Source: Escherichia coli (GTDB lineage: Bacteria > Pseudomonadota > Gammaproteobacteria > Enterobacterales > Enterobacteriaceae). From it: a DNA stretch of 19,170 nt. Positions 8,899 through 17,176 of the stretch are shown one piece after another. The stretch lies in the NCBI RefSeq assembly GCF_003334255.1, contig NZ_QOWU01000071.1; one strand, 5' to 3'. The stretch's first letter is position 1; each line of letters starts with the position of its first letter. Made by a program: the position numbers and the translations under genes. Under the pieces are notes generated by a model. The model was not told the DNA's origin. It did no database searches and saw only the letters and a program-made list of their open reading frames with translations.

Positions 8899-9546
8899 AT
8901 GAGTACAACAAAAAACAGATATCCTTCCTGGTGGGCATATTATTACCTTGTTCGCAATGCGTATTTCATATTTGGCATACCATGCTTATTATTTTATGCT
9001 TTTTTCGGAACACTAATTGTTCATGATTCAGCCTTATCTCAAACAATGGATTTTGTTTTTGCATATGGATGCTGGGCATTAATAATTATCCCATTACTCT
9101 GGCTATATCTGAGAACCAGAGCGAAGAAAAAGAAAGTCCTGCAGGTTGTTCAGCAGATAAAAGAAAGCAGTCTCTTTGCGCCGACCAGCGATTATGAGCA
9201 ACTGTCATTCTCGAAGAGTTGTTATTTCGGGATCGACATTAAAAACGGCACCATGCTGTATGTGCGTATTTATCCAAACAATGTGATGGATGTGATTGGT
9301 CTGGATATTCACAACTTTACCCGCACGGTTGCTGAGGACGGCAAACTGGAAATCCATACCACCTATGTGAGTCTTCCGATGATCCCACTGGAAATCTCCG
9401 GCATCTCATCAAGGACGCTGGCCAACACCATGCACACCATGGCTGCACGTGGATATGAGTACAAGGAACGTTTCCCGCAGATGATCCGGTATCGGGTTAA
9501 AGAGTGGGAAAAAGTTGCCGGTGTACCTGTTGCAGAAGTGTTTTAA
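8899..9546 (+). CDS. Hypothetical membrane-anchored protein (215 aa); AT-rich
   Basis: GGAGG 8 nt upstream of ATG; two N-terminal hydrophobic helices then a soluble domain; last 35 codons duplicated downstream. Confidence 0.6.
   Translation: MSTTKNRYPSWWAYYYLVRNAYFIFGIPCLLFYAFFGTLIVHDSALSQTMDFVFAYGCWALIIIPLLWLYLRTRAKKKKVLQVVQQIKESSLFAPTSDYEQLSFSKSCYFGIDIKNGTMLYVRIYPNNVMDVIGLDIHNFTRTVAEDGKLEIHTTYVSLPMIPLEISGISSRTLANTMHTMAARGYEYKERFPQMIRYRVKEWEKVAGVPVAEVF
9433..9546 (+). repeat. Direct repeat copy 1 (3' end of the 215-aa gene)
   Basis: About 110 bp near-identical to 9938-10051. Confidence 0.8.
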
Positions 9547-9562
9547 GACGGTTATCTCATAC

Positions 9563-9591
9563 ATCCGGTTCATCTGAACCGGATTTTCTTT
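9563..9591 (+). terminator. Intrinsic terminator after the 215-aa gene
   Basis: ATCCGGTTCA-TC-TGAACCGGAT followed by TTTCTTT. Confidence 0.5.
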
Positions 9592-9614
9592 ACTGCAACA
9601 GATAACTTATGTCG

Positions 9615-9824
9615 TTATCGATAAAGTCGCCCAAGAGCCTTGATAGCTGCAACTTTAATTTCCATATCATCACTTTCACTTAATCTACGTAATTCCCTCT
9701 TTATGTTATCTGCCTGGCATCGACCTTCACCTAATGCATAGATCACAGCAAGTGTAACGTCTTTTGATTTATCCTTCATCATTTCAAACAAGAAAGTATT
9801 AGCTATCGCAGGAGACATACTCAT
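9615..9824 (-). CDS. Small hypothetical protein (69 aa), AT-rich, helical-repeat-like
   Basis: Strong RBS (AGAGGA, 8-nt spacer); sequence ...AAIKALGRLYR resembles a single HEAT/PBS-type repeat, tentative. Confidence 0.5.
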   Translation of the reverse strand: MSMSPAIANTFLFEMMKDKSKDVTLAVIYALGEGRCQADNIKRELRRLSESDDMEIKVAAIKALGRLYR

Positions 9825-9937
9825 AATAATTTCCTCTTTATAAAATTAACAAAGATACTCATTTAGATGTATAAACATCTGTATAATAAAATAACTCTTG
9901 CTAAACAAGAAATTAAAATCTTGCATCCACAGTCTCG

Positions 9938-10051
9938 CACACCATGGCGGCACGCGGATATGAGTACAAGGAACGTTTCCCGCAGATGATCCGGTATCGG
10001 GTTAAAGAGTGGGAAAAAGTTGCCGGTGTTCCTGTTGCAGAAGTATTTTGA
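9938..10051 (+). repeat. Direct repeat copy 2 (orphan copy of the gene 3' end)
   Basis: Differs from copy 1 at four positions plus the stop codon (TAA vs TGA); all four fall on third codon positions and are synonymous. Confidence 0.8.
9944..10051 (+). CDS. Orphan 35-codon ORF identical in protein sequence to the C-terminus of the 215-aa protein
   Basis: ATG-initiated MAARGYEYKERFPQMIRYRVKEWEKVAGVPVAEVF; no obvious Shine-Dalgarno, so expression is uncertain. Confidence 0.3.
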   Translation: MAARGYEYKERFPQMIRYRVKEWEKVAGVPVAEVF

Positions 10052-10083
10052 GGTAGCTATCAACTGTTAGACGATAATCCGTC

Positions 10084-10114
10084 AGCCGGTTTTCTCTGAA
10101 CCGGCTTTTTCTTT
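10084..10114 (+). terminator. Intrinsic terminator after the orphan module
   Basis: AGCCGGTT-TTCTCTG-AACCGGCT followed by a T-run. Confidence 0.5.
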
Positions 10115-10166
10115 TCAGGCAGAATGCCTGTCTGCCGTCCCTGTATCAGACTGTAATTTGCACAAT

Positions 10167-10181
10167 ACGGCAATTTGCCGT
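10167..10181. promoter_or_regulatory. Perfect 15-bp palindrome ACGGCAATTTGCCGT; candidate antitoxin operator
   Basis: Located 26 bp upstream of the antitoxin start codon, in the promoter region. Confidence 0.45.
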
Positions 10182-10206
10182 ACAGTGTATTCAGGAGGTA
10201 CAAATC

Positions 10207-10488
10207 ATGCCATCTGCAACACAAACTGCCCGACTGGAAGCAAGAATCAGCACAGAACTGCATGCTATGCTGAAACGCGCTGCAGAAATCCAGGGACGCA
10301 CTATGACCGATTTTATCATTTCTGCCGTTCAGGATGCGGCACAACGCGCTATAGAACAAACCGATATCATCCGACTGTCCCGGACAGATCAGGAAATTTT
10401 TGCTCAGGCATTACTGTCACCAACAGAACCTAATGATGCGCTCAAACGGGCCTTTAAACGCCGTAATAATATTCTATACACAAAATAA
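10207..10488 (+). CDS. DUF1778-type (ribbon-helix-helix) antitoxin of a GNAT toxin
   Basis: 93 aa; AGGAGG RBS; ...LEARISTELHAMLKRAAEIQGRTMTDFIISAV... is typical of TacA/KacA-type antitoxins; immediately upstream of the GNAT gene. Confidence 0.85.
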   Translation: MPSATQTARLEARISTELHAMLKRAAEIQGRTMTDFIISAVQDAAQRAIEQTDIIRLSRTDQEIFAQALLSPTEPNDALKRAFKRRNNILYTK

Positions 10489-10493
10489 ATATA

Positions 10494-10982
10494 ATGTTTC
10501 AGCTGAAACCATTTAACAGCACATATGACAGAACCTCATTTTTATGTGGTTCTGATGCTCTGGACCGTTATATAAAAGAGCATGTCACACAGGATATTCG
10601 ACGACGCATCGCGGCCTGCTTTGTTGCTATAGATAACGATCATCGTATCATCGGATACTATACGTTATCAGCGGCCAGTATATTATTAACTGACTTACCT
10701 GAGCATTTGAGAAAAAAGCTACCACGATATCCTACCATCCCGGCTATTCGTATGGGACGCCTGGCAGTAAGTCTGTCATCAAAAGGAACAGGACTTGGTG
10801 GGACACTTTTAGCTGATGCGCTATATCGTGCATACACATCTGAAATTGCAGCATATGCGCTGATTGTTGATGCAAAAGATGACACGGCAGTCTCATTTTA
10901 CAAACATTATGGATTTATGACGCTCCCGGAGTCAGGGCGAACTTTATTCATGCCACTGGCATCATTATCTGCAATAGAATAA
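10494..10982 (+). CDS. GNAT-family acetyltransferase toxin (TacT/KacT/AtaT-type)
   Basis: 162 aa acetyltransferase fold (…RMGRLAVSLSSKGTGLGGTLLADAL…FYKHYGFM…), 5 bp after the antitoxin stop. Confidence 0.85.
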   Translation: MFQLKPFNSTYDRTSFLCGSDALDRYIKEHVTQDIRRRIAACFVAIDNDHRIIGYYTLSAASILLTDLPEHLRKKLPRYPTIPAIRMGRLAVSLSSKGTGLGGTLLADALYRAYTSEIAAYALIVDAKDDTAVSFYKHYGFMTLPESGRTLFMPLASLSAIE

Positions 10983-11553
10983 CCAGAATAAATCCGGGTA
11001 AAAAAGGGCGCATTGAGGTCAGCCTTCGCAACAATCCGGCGGCAGATTCCCTGCCGCCGTGTTGCCCGTTAACGTTTAACTTCGTAGGCTAACGTTGCCA
11101 CAAGCACCGTATTTCCCTGCTCGATACGAAATCCGCAAAGCGAATCCCTCACCATCCAGACAAAACACAGTATCGTCACACAGAGGACAATTAACATTGT
11201 TAAAAACGTTCGTTGTAGCATCGCAGCCCCTCCATTGCCTTTCGGCCGTTATCGGGCTACTATAATGTTGTCTAGGCATTACAGTAGAGCCCTGGGTTGA
11301 TTGATAAAAAAATCGCCTGGGGCTTCTGCTACATGCCGTCCACAAAACGCTTTCGGCATACAGCCTCAAGCGCCCGCAGCTATTCTAATCGTTTTTCAGT
11401 CTGCCACAATCGTTTTCCATCTAATGACATGTAATGCGCAACGGTATTTTTACGGGAAACAACACGGCAAGGATTCCCGGAACACGTCCATTATTTTATG
11501 GTTACGGACATCATGTTAAATCAGAAAGTAATAATGACCTGAAAGGAAATGGT

Positions 11554-11796
11554 ATGAGTAACGAATACCAAAGCACCAGTATAAACCCGGATGTTTTTGA
11601 ACAATTTCTTACCCTTCTTAATACACACTGCCAGTCCTCAGAAGAGTCGCTCGCCATGCTCAGCACGCTGTGTTTTGACCTTATGATGAAATGTGGTATT
11701 CAGTCAATGGACAGCCTCATGCTCAACGGTATGGGCATATCAATGCAACTTCAGGGTATTGATAATCACAACTGTACAACCTGGAATATTCACTGA
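11554..11796 (+). CDS. Hypothetical small protein (80 aa)
   Basis: ATG at 11554 preceded by AAAGGAAA; the longer ORF from 11434 lacks an RBS. No family recognised. Confidence 0.4.
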   Translation: MSNEYQSTSINPDVFEQFLTLLNTHCQSSEESLAMLSTLCFDLMMKCGIQSMDSLMLNGMGISMQLQGIDNHNCTTWNIH

Positions 11797-11839
11797 CCTT
11801 AGTCTGGACTGAAAACAGTGTCAGCCAGAAATAAACGAT

Positions 11840-11863
11840 CAATGCCTCATACACATGAGGCAT
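11840..11863. terminator. Hairpin between convergent genes (10-bp stem AATGCCTCAT/ATGAGGCATT, 4-nt loop)
   Basis: Seen directly; no strong U-tract on either side. Confidence 0.4.
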
Positions 11864-11888
11864 TGATAACGGTCATAAATAATCTTTA

Positions 11889-13436
11889 TTATTTTTCTGA
11901 TTCAGCATTTCCGGTCAGTACAGGCTCTTCTGGCAAAGACATTACCGGAACGTCACGTTCGCCATTGAATACAGAAACACTTTCGGTGAAACCATTCTGT
12001 AACAAAGAAAAACTTAACGGCAGATTTTTGGTTTGTATCCCTGTGATCCATTGAAAAATCTCGGGAAAACGACGGGCGCTGATATGCACATGATTGAGGC
12101 GGTGCTCAGTAATATCACTTGCCATCATCATGAGAGGCACATCGTATCCCGAACGCAAACCTGGCGCATGATGCACAGGGGTGCTGTCTGAACTGACGGA
12201 TTGCCCATGATCAGAAAAATACAGCATGGCAAAATCATCGCCATGCTCTGTCGTCATGTTATAAATTGCCTGAAGAAACCGATCCAGCTTAAGCAATGTT
12301 GATAAATAACAGGATACTTTATTTCCGAATAATTCCCTGAACGGCTGTGCATCATTAAAAAGTCTGTCACAGGGATTAGGATGGGATCCCAGCATATGAA
12401 TGAAAATCACTTTTGGAGAAGACGAATTAACAGCTTCCCTGACATACTGAAGCATATCTTCATCATCAATGCGACGGGAAGAAGAGTTCCCTTCCTTAAG
12501 AAAATATTTCTTATCCGCACTGGCGGCGATGACAGAAATCAGCGTATCATGTCGCCCTAAAGAGCCCTGATTTGATATCCACCACGTTTCATATCCGGCT
12601 TTTCTGGCAAGCGTAACAATATTATTACCCGGATTACCTGTTTCAGTGTAATCAAGAGTCAGTGTTCTGCTGAGTGAACCTGTCGTATTCGGAGCAGCGG
12701 AGAAATACCCATTAATAAATATACCCGGAGCAGAGTTCAGCCATGGTGTTGTCGGCAAAGGATACCCATAAACAGAAAGATAATCCCGTCTGACACTTTC
12801 ACCAATTACGATAATTATAGTTTTATATTTCTTCTCCACACTCACAATATCCCATGAGTCTTTCTGATTGTTTTTCAGCGATTCATATCGCATCATTTCT
12901 TCTCTGGTTTCAGCTATCCCCGTTATTACATTCGTAACCATACGTTTTGGCCATGCATTTACTGACAATACGATAAAGAACAACAGAAAGATAAATCCCC
13001 GGTGGCTTTTTTCACGCTTACGCCAGAACCAGAATGTAAAAGCAGCAATGACCAGTGAAACAATAAAATAAAAAACAGGTATGCCTGTGATAAATTCACC
13101 TGCCTCATTTATATTTGTCTGCATTACAGACGCAATAAAACTGTTGTTTATTTTTCCGTAAATCATTCCAACCGGAGCATAGAATGCACTTAACAAAAGA
13201 AAGATACAGACACACGTCGCTGAAATAACATTCCGCCGCCCCAACGACATCATCAGGAACAATATAAGTACATTCCCTGTGGCGTTTTTCACTGTATATC
13301 CGCAGCACCATGTAACAAGTACAGAAAACAACAGATAAATCAGTGACTCTTTACACCACAACATAAAATAAAACTGTTTTGCCATCTCAAAAGCACATTT
13401 GGATTTTTCTTTAATACGAGACACGCCAGTCATTTT
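11889..13436 (-). CDS. Phosphoethanolamine-transferase-like membrane enzyme (sulfatase/alkaline-phosphatase superfamily, EptA/MCR/OpgE-like); start uncertain
   Basis: N-terminal hydrophobic helices followed by a catalytic domain with IIIVIGESVRRDYLSVYGYP, KVIFIHMLGSHPNP and AMLYFSDHGQS, resembling the VVGETARADHVSFNGY / MLHQMGNHGP / MLYVSDHGES blocks of MCR/EptA. AT-rich. ORF open to 13445 (TTG); first ATG at 13436. Confidence 0.75.
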   Translation of the reverse strand, partial: KMTGVSRIKEKSKCAFEMAKQFYFMLWCKESLIYLLFSVLVTWCCGYTVKNATGNVLILFLMMSLGRRNVISATCVCIFLLLSAFYAPVGMIYGKINNSFIASVMQTNINEAGEFITGIPVFYFIVSLVIAAFTFWFWRKREKSHRGFIFLLFFIVLSVNAWPKRMVTNVITGIAETREEMMRYESLKNNQKDSWDIVSVEKKYKTIIIVIGESVRRDYLSVYGYPLPTTPWLNSAPGIFINGYFSAAPNTTGSLSRTLTLDYTETGNPGNNIVTLARKAGYETWWISNQGSLGRHDTLISVIAASADKKYFLKEGNSSSRRIDDEDMLQYVREAVNSSSPKVIFIHMLGSHPNPCDRLFNDAQPFRELFGNKVSCYLSTLLKLDRFLQAIYNMTTEHGDDFAMLYFSDHGQSVSSDSTPVHHAPGLRSGYDVPLMMMASDITEHRLNHVHISARRFPEIFQWITGIQTKNLPLSFSLLQNGFTESVSVFNGERDVPVMSLPEEPVLTGNAESEK

Positions 13437-13591
13437 CCTGTACAAAAACAGACAATCATTTCAACGCATGGATATTTATATGAAACAGCTCACAAAAATA
13501 CCCTGCTCTGTCTAGCAAGATTACATATTATCAGGTTTTGTGTTTACAGCAACTGCTCCCCGGACCAGATTATTCGCATAACCCGATGAAT

Positions 13592-13612
13592 GACTCATCA
13601 TTATGATGAGTC
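13592..13612. other. Perfect hairpin GACTCATCA-TTA-TGATGAGTC just downstream of the 151-aa gene
   Basis: Seen directly; possible terminator or regulatory element. Confidence 0.35.
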
Positions 13613-13623
13613 TCAGGATTCAT

Positions 13624-14079
13624 TTAGTTAACAAAAATACTTCTTGCCTTCCCGGAAAGGCAAACATACGAAAGAGAAAGCATGGCTATAATAATATCAA
13701 TCAAAATATGCTCAATCTTTCCTGTTGTCATACATTCAGCACCGACAACATAAAGACAATAAACAAAAGTGACAGCATGGTGTGATATATAAAGAATATA
13801 AATGCACAGAAGTAATTTTCCGACGACTCTTTTCCGTTTAAAGAAAGAATAAATGAAGAACAAGCATAAAGCCGCCAGAAAAAGAAAGGTAGCTATGGAG
13901 ATTATAAAATACTCCATCACCTGTGAATTCTCATCCAGAGATGTGTACAGCGAATAATATGTGGCTGTGAGATTAAGTCCCGTTATCAATATATAAACAA
14001 CTGATAATAGTATAATATAAAGAATCAGACCAAATCTGGTTTTCTGTGCTCTGGTTAATACTTCTGATTTATCTCGCAT
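13624..14079 (-). CDS. Hypothetical integral membrane protein (151 aa), AT-rich
   Basis: About four hydrophobic segments; no family recognised; upstream of the transferase-like gene on the same strand. Confidence 0.5.
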   Translation of the reverse strand: MRDKSEVLTRAQKTRFGLILYIILLSVVYILITGLNLTATYYSLYTSLDENSQVMEYFIISIATFLFLAALCLFFIYSFFKRKRVVGKLLLCIYILYISHHAVTFVYCLYVVGAECMTTGKIEHILIDIIIAMLSLSYVCLSGKARSIFVN

Positions 14080-14166
14080 AAAATATCCTGTCTGTAATCT
14101 GTCCCGGTAAACAATGGTAAACGTCAGAATCAGTGCGAATACGGTAACAAAGATTCCTCCTGTGCT

Positions 14167-14847
14167 TTAAAGTGTGTAGGCAGAAACCAGTCTGGTGGTT
14201 CCGGTCAGGGTGTCTGATACCTCAACTTCCCGGGTGACTATCACCATACCTGACTGACGCAGTCTCTGCACATCAGCTGCAATTCGCTGAGTTCCCGGCC
14301 AGAACAGACCATCCAGCGCGGTGACAATTAACCCGCTTTCCAGCGCCAGTTTCAGCCGTGCTGTCGGGGCTTTAACCTGCCCGGCGATATCAGTGAAACA
14401 ACGCGTCGTCATGCCATAGCTGTCCACCCGCCGTATTCGCGTCGCAAGACTGTAGCTGAAGCAATCCGGCACGCCGGATAAGTCATTCTGCAGACTGTAT
14501 ACACATCCCCGCTGCCGCCCATTGAACAGGACTTTTTTCTGGCTGAGCAGCCATTCCCGCCGCAGGCTGTCAATCATCTGCGGGGTCCGCGTTAACAGCA
14601 GACGAAACGGCAGCTCAAAACTGGTCACATAATCAACATTAAGTAAGGCTGTCCGCAGCCGTTCCCTGGCACCTGCTCCGGTATCACGGCATTCACGCAT
14701 GACATCTTCCCACTGGCGCATCAGTTGCGGAGACTTATGCCTGGCCCTGAACTGATATTTCTCAATCTGATAATCAATATATTCCTGCATACCGTCACCG
14801 GATATCTGTTGCCGTCTCATCACGGATATCAGCGTACTGGAATTCAT
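14167..14847 (-). CDS. Hypothetical protein (226 aa)
   Basis: Long ORF with GC content above its neighbours; divergent from the nuclease gene. No family recognised. Confidence 0.55.
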   Translation of the reverse strand: MNSSTLISVMRRQQISGDGMQEYIDYQIEKYQFRARHKSPQLMRQWEDVMRECRDTGAGARERLRTALLNVDYVTSFELPFRLLLTRTPQMIDSLRREWLLSQKKVLFNGRQRGCVYSLQNDLSGVPDCFSYSLATRIRRVDSYGMTTRCFTDIAGQVKAPTARLKLALESGLIVTALDGLFWPGTQRIAADVQRLRQSGMVIVTREVEVSDTLTGTTRLVSAYTL

Positions 14848-14950
14848 GCCCTGCCTGAAGTATCACACTGCAAATAATAAACACGCCTGAGCATTATTAT
14901 TTCGCAATATTAATTGCACCTGTTTTCATAAATAAAAAGGACAAGATAAA

Positions 14951-15436
14951 ATGATAAAATATATATTCGCACTCACACTTCTGCTTTCCGGTTCTGTCTG
15001 TGCCGATCAAATTCAGGGACACGTTATTCGTGTGCTGGACGGTGATACTCTGGAGATATTACAGGCCCGGCATCCCGTCAGAATTCGTCTTGTTAATATT
15101 GATGCGCCGGAAAAGAAACAGCCTTTTGGACGCTGGTCAATGAATCAACTTAAAAGCCTTGTGGCAAATACACCCGTAACCGTGACATACACACAGACAG
15201 ACCGCTACGGGCGTATTCCGGGACGGGTATATACCGAAAACGGTATGGAAGTTAACCGCTGGCTGGTACAGCATGGTGCAGCCTGGGTATATCCTGATTT
15301 CAATACAGATTACACCCTGCCGGCATACCAGAGAGAAGCCAGAACAATGAAACGGGGTCTGTGGGCAGACAAAAAACCTGTTCCACCATGGCTGTGGCGA
15401 AAAGAAAATAAAAACAACCACAATAATTATAAATAA
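14951..15436 (+). CDS. Secreted thermonuclease (staphylococcal-nuclease-like)
   Basis: Signal peptide MIKYIFALTLLLSGSVCA; SNase motifs RLVNIDAPE and DRYGR; AAGGA RBS 8 nt upstream. Confidence 0.85.
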   Translation: MIKYIFALTLLLSGSVCADQIQGHVIRVLDGDTLEILQARHPVRIRLVNIDAPEKKQPFGRWSMNQLKSLVANTPVTVTYTQTDRYGRIPGRVYTENGMEVNRWLVQHGAAWVYPDFNTDYTLPAYQREARTMKRGLWADKKPVPPWLWRKENKNNHNNYK

Positions 15437-16104
15437 GATATCTCACAGGAATATATTTCCTGCCGTTTTATTTCCCCTGTTAGTCTCCAGCGGGAAATAA
15501 CATCCAGAAGTTACACTGATATGAATAATAAACCTGTTCAATGTGTCCGTCACTAAAGTGAACTCAGCCCCTTATGGAAAATATTGTAAATGATGGATGA
15601 ATGCTGAATACATTTCCCGGGGAGTGGCAGAAACAGATAAGTTGATGTCTGACTCAGAAGAAAATACGCCTGTAGCGCCCTGCATTTCATAACATTTCTG
15701 TTACAGCAACAACGAAAGCCGACAGTAATGCCGGGCTTTTACGTCCACATGCATATTCCACTTATCCGGAATTGTGACACAGCACCTGAATACAGGATTG
15801 ATCACCGGTGCCCACAAATGGCACATTTTCAGTAAGATTCCGAATGTTACATTACCCCGTCATGTGTGACGCAGTTGTCACCGGGAAAGAAACAGAAAGC
15901 ACATGAAAAACATAAAAACTCACACAGGACTCCTTATCCACAAAGAACAAACACGACGCGTTCGTCTTCATGAAACACCGGCCGCCTGGTGCCTCACACA
16001 CCGGGAATGCTACAGCAAAACAACCGGTCGCCGCTGCGGCAGCCCTGACAGTCTCAGCAGGCTGATTCTGAGCAGCATTCAGCCCATAGAATGAGATAAC
16101 CCGT

Positions 16105-16470
16105 ATGAATGATGACAGACAGACGCCTCCGGCACCCGATGCATGGAAAATCCGATTTCTGGCTGACGGTACACCCGGCACATGGTTTTACACCGATGAC
16201 GCAGCCGTCACAAAAGAGTGGCTGCGGGCACATTGTGACGATGTGGAAGTGATCCCCCTGTGCCGTATGCATGACGGTCCCGTTTTCCGGGAACACCATA
16301 TTAATGAACTCAGCGCCGCACTGGCCAGAATGCTCCATATGCACCACATACTGCTGGAACGAACCCGGTACAGAGAAAATATCCATGATGCAGAATGTAT
16401 TCGTGAAATTCACGAAGCTCCCCTGCAGGCTATCGGCATCCTGGAAAAATACAAACGCACAAAATCATAA
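16105..16470 (+). CDS. Hypothetical protein (121 aa)
   Basis: First gene of a compact three-gene plus-strand cluster; no family recognised. Confidence 0.45.
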   Translation: MNDDRQTPPAPDAWKIRFLADGTPGTWFYTDDAAVTKEWLRAHCDDVEVIPLCRMHDGPVFREHHINELSAALARMLHMHHILLERTRYRENIHDAECIREIHEAPLQAIGILEKYKRTKS

Positions 16471-16479
16471 GGCTGTTCT

Positions 16480-16671
16480 ATGTGGATACTGATTTTCTGG
16501 CTCTCATCCCCCTTTAATGTCTCCTCCGGCGATGCCCGGCAACCCACACTGGCCGTTCACAGTCAGGAGTTCCGTACTGAAAAAGCCTGTCGGGATGCCT
16601 TCACCGCGCTGAAAAAAGAAAACGTGGGAGAATTTGCTCTCCGGGGCGTCTGCGTCCCCGGCGGAGAATAA
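16480..16671 (+). CDS. Hypothetical small protein (63 aa) with hydrophobic N-terminus
   Basis: AAGG 9 nt upstream; MWILIFWLSSPF... could be a signal or anchor segment. Confidence 0.4.
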   Translation: MWILIFWLSSPFNVSSGDARQPTLAVHSQEFRTEKACRDAFTALKKENVGEFALRGVCVPGGE

Positions 16672-16704
16672 ACCGGAGATGATGATTATCCACAGGAGTA
16701 TTCA

Positions 16705-17028
16705 ATGGCATACCATCCCCCGGATGTCACACGGCATTATCCTTATCTGCGCCGGATGTCCTGGGCGCAGATAACGGCAGCAGCTGAAGATGCGGAAATA
16801 CATCATGATTATGCCCGGGCATTAATATTGTGGCAGCATGCATATCATGCTGCCACGTTGACCATTAACAAAAACCTGGCAACCGCTAAAATCCACTTCT
16901 GTGCTAAACGCCTTCAGATACGTGAACAAATGAGCAGGATAATCCGGAATACTGGCACAGACGAAATACTCTTCCGTCTGAGTAAACACCATCATTTATA
17001 TGAGAAAAAGAAAACAAAAGAGGGGTGA
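16705..17028 (+). CDS. Small helical protein (107 aa), possibly ANR-like (AraC negative regulator family); tentative
   Basis: AGGAG RBS 8 nt upstream; the ...YARALILWQHAYHAA...FCAKRL... pattern resembles ANR-family proteins as I recall them. Not verified. Confidence 0.45.
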   Translation: MAYHPPDVTRHYPYLRRMSWAQITAAAEDAEIHHDYARALILWQHAYHAATLTINKNLATAKIHFCAKRLQIREQMSRIIRNTGTDEILFRLSKHHHLYEKKKTKEG

Positions 17029-17176
17029 GGGTGAGAAACCCCTTGTATGGGAAAAACTTGCCATGCTCACTGCAGGTGCATTTTTGATACTGGCAATCCT
17101 GGGTGAGTAATCTTAATATCCTGTTTATTAAAGGGCAGAAGGCGGTGCCCCTCTGCCCTTAAGTACGTTTCCGGGA

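Noticed and set aside
11076-11369. 97-aa minus-strand ORF in the 570-bp intergenic region after the GNAT toxin gene
   Set aside because: No RBS and no recognisable product; the region has imperfect inverted repeats (about 11255-11292) and may be regulatory or a gene remnant.
11889-13436. Calling the transferase-like gene an mcr colistin-resistance gene
   Set aside because: Similarity is at the family-motif level only, with Ser rather than Thr at the aligned nucleophile position; substrate cannot be assigned from sequence.
15852-16181. Overlapping ORFs of 109 aa (minus) and 63 aa (plus) in the 670-bp gap after the nuclease gene
   Set aside because: No RBS, mutually overlapping, no recognisable products; region left as unexplained non-coding sequence.
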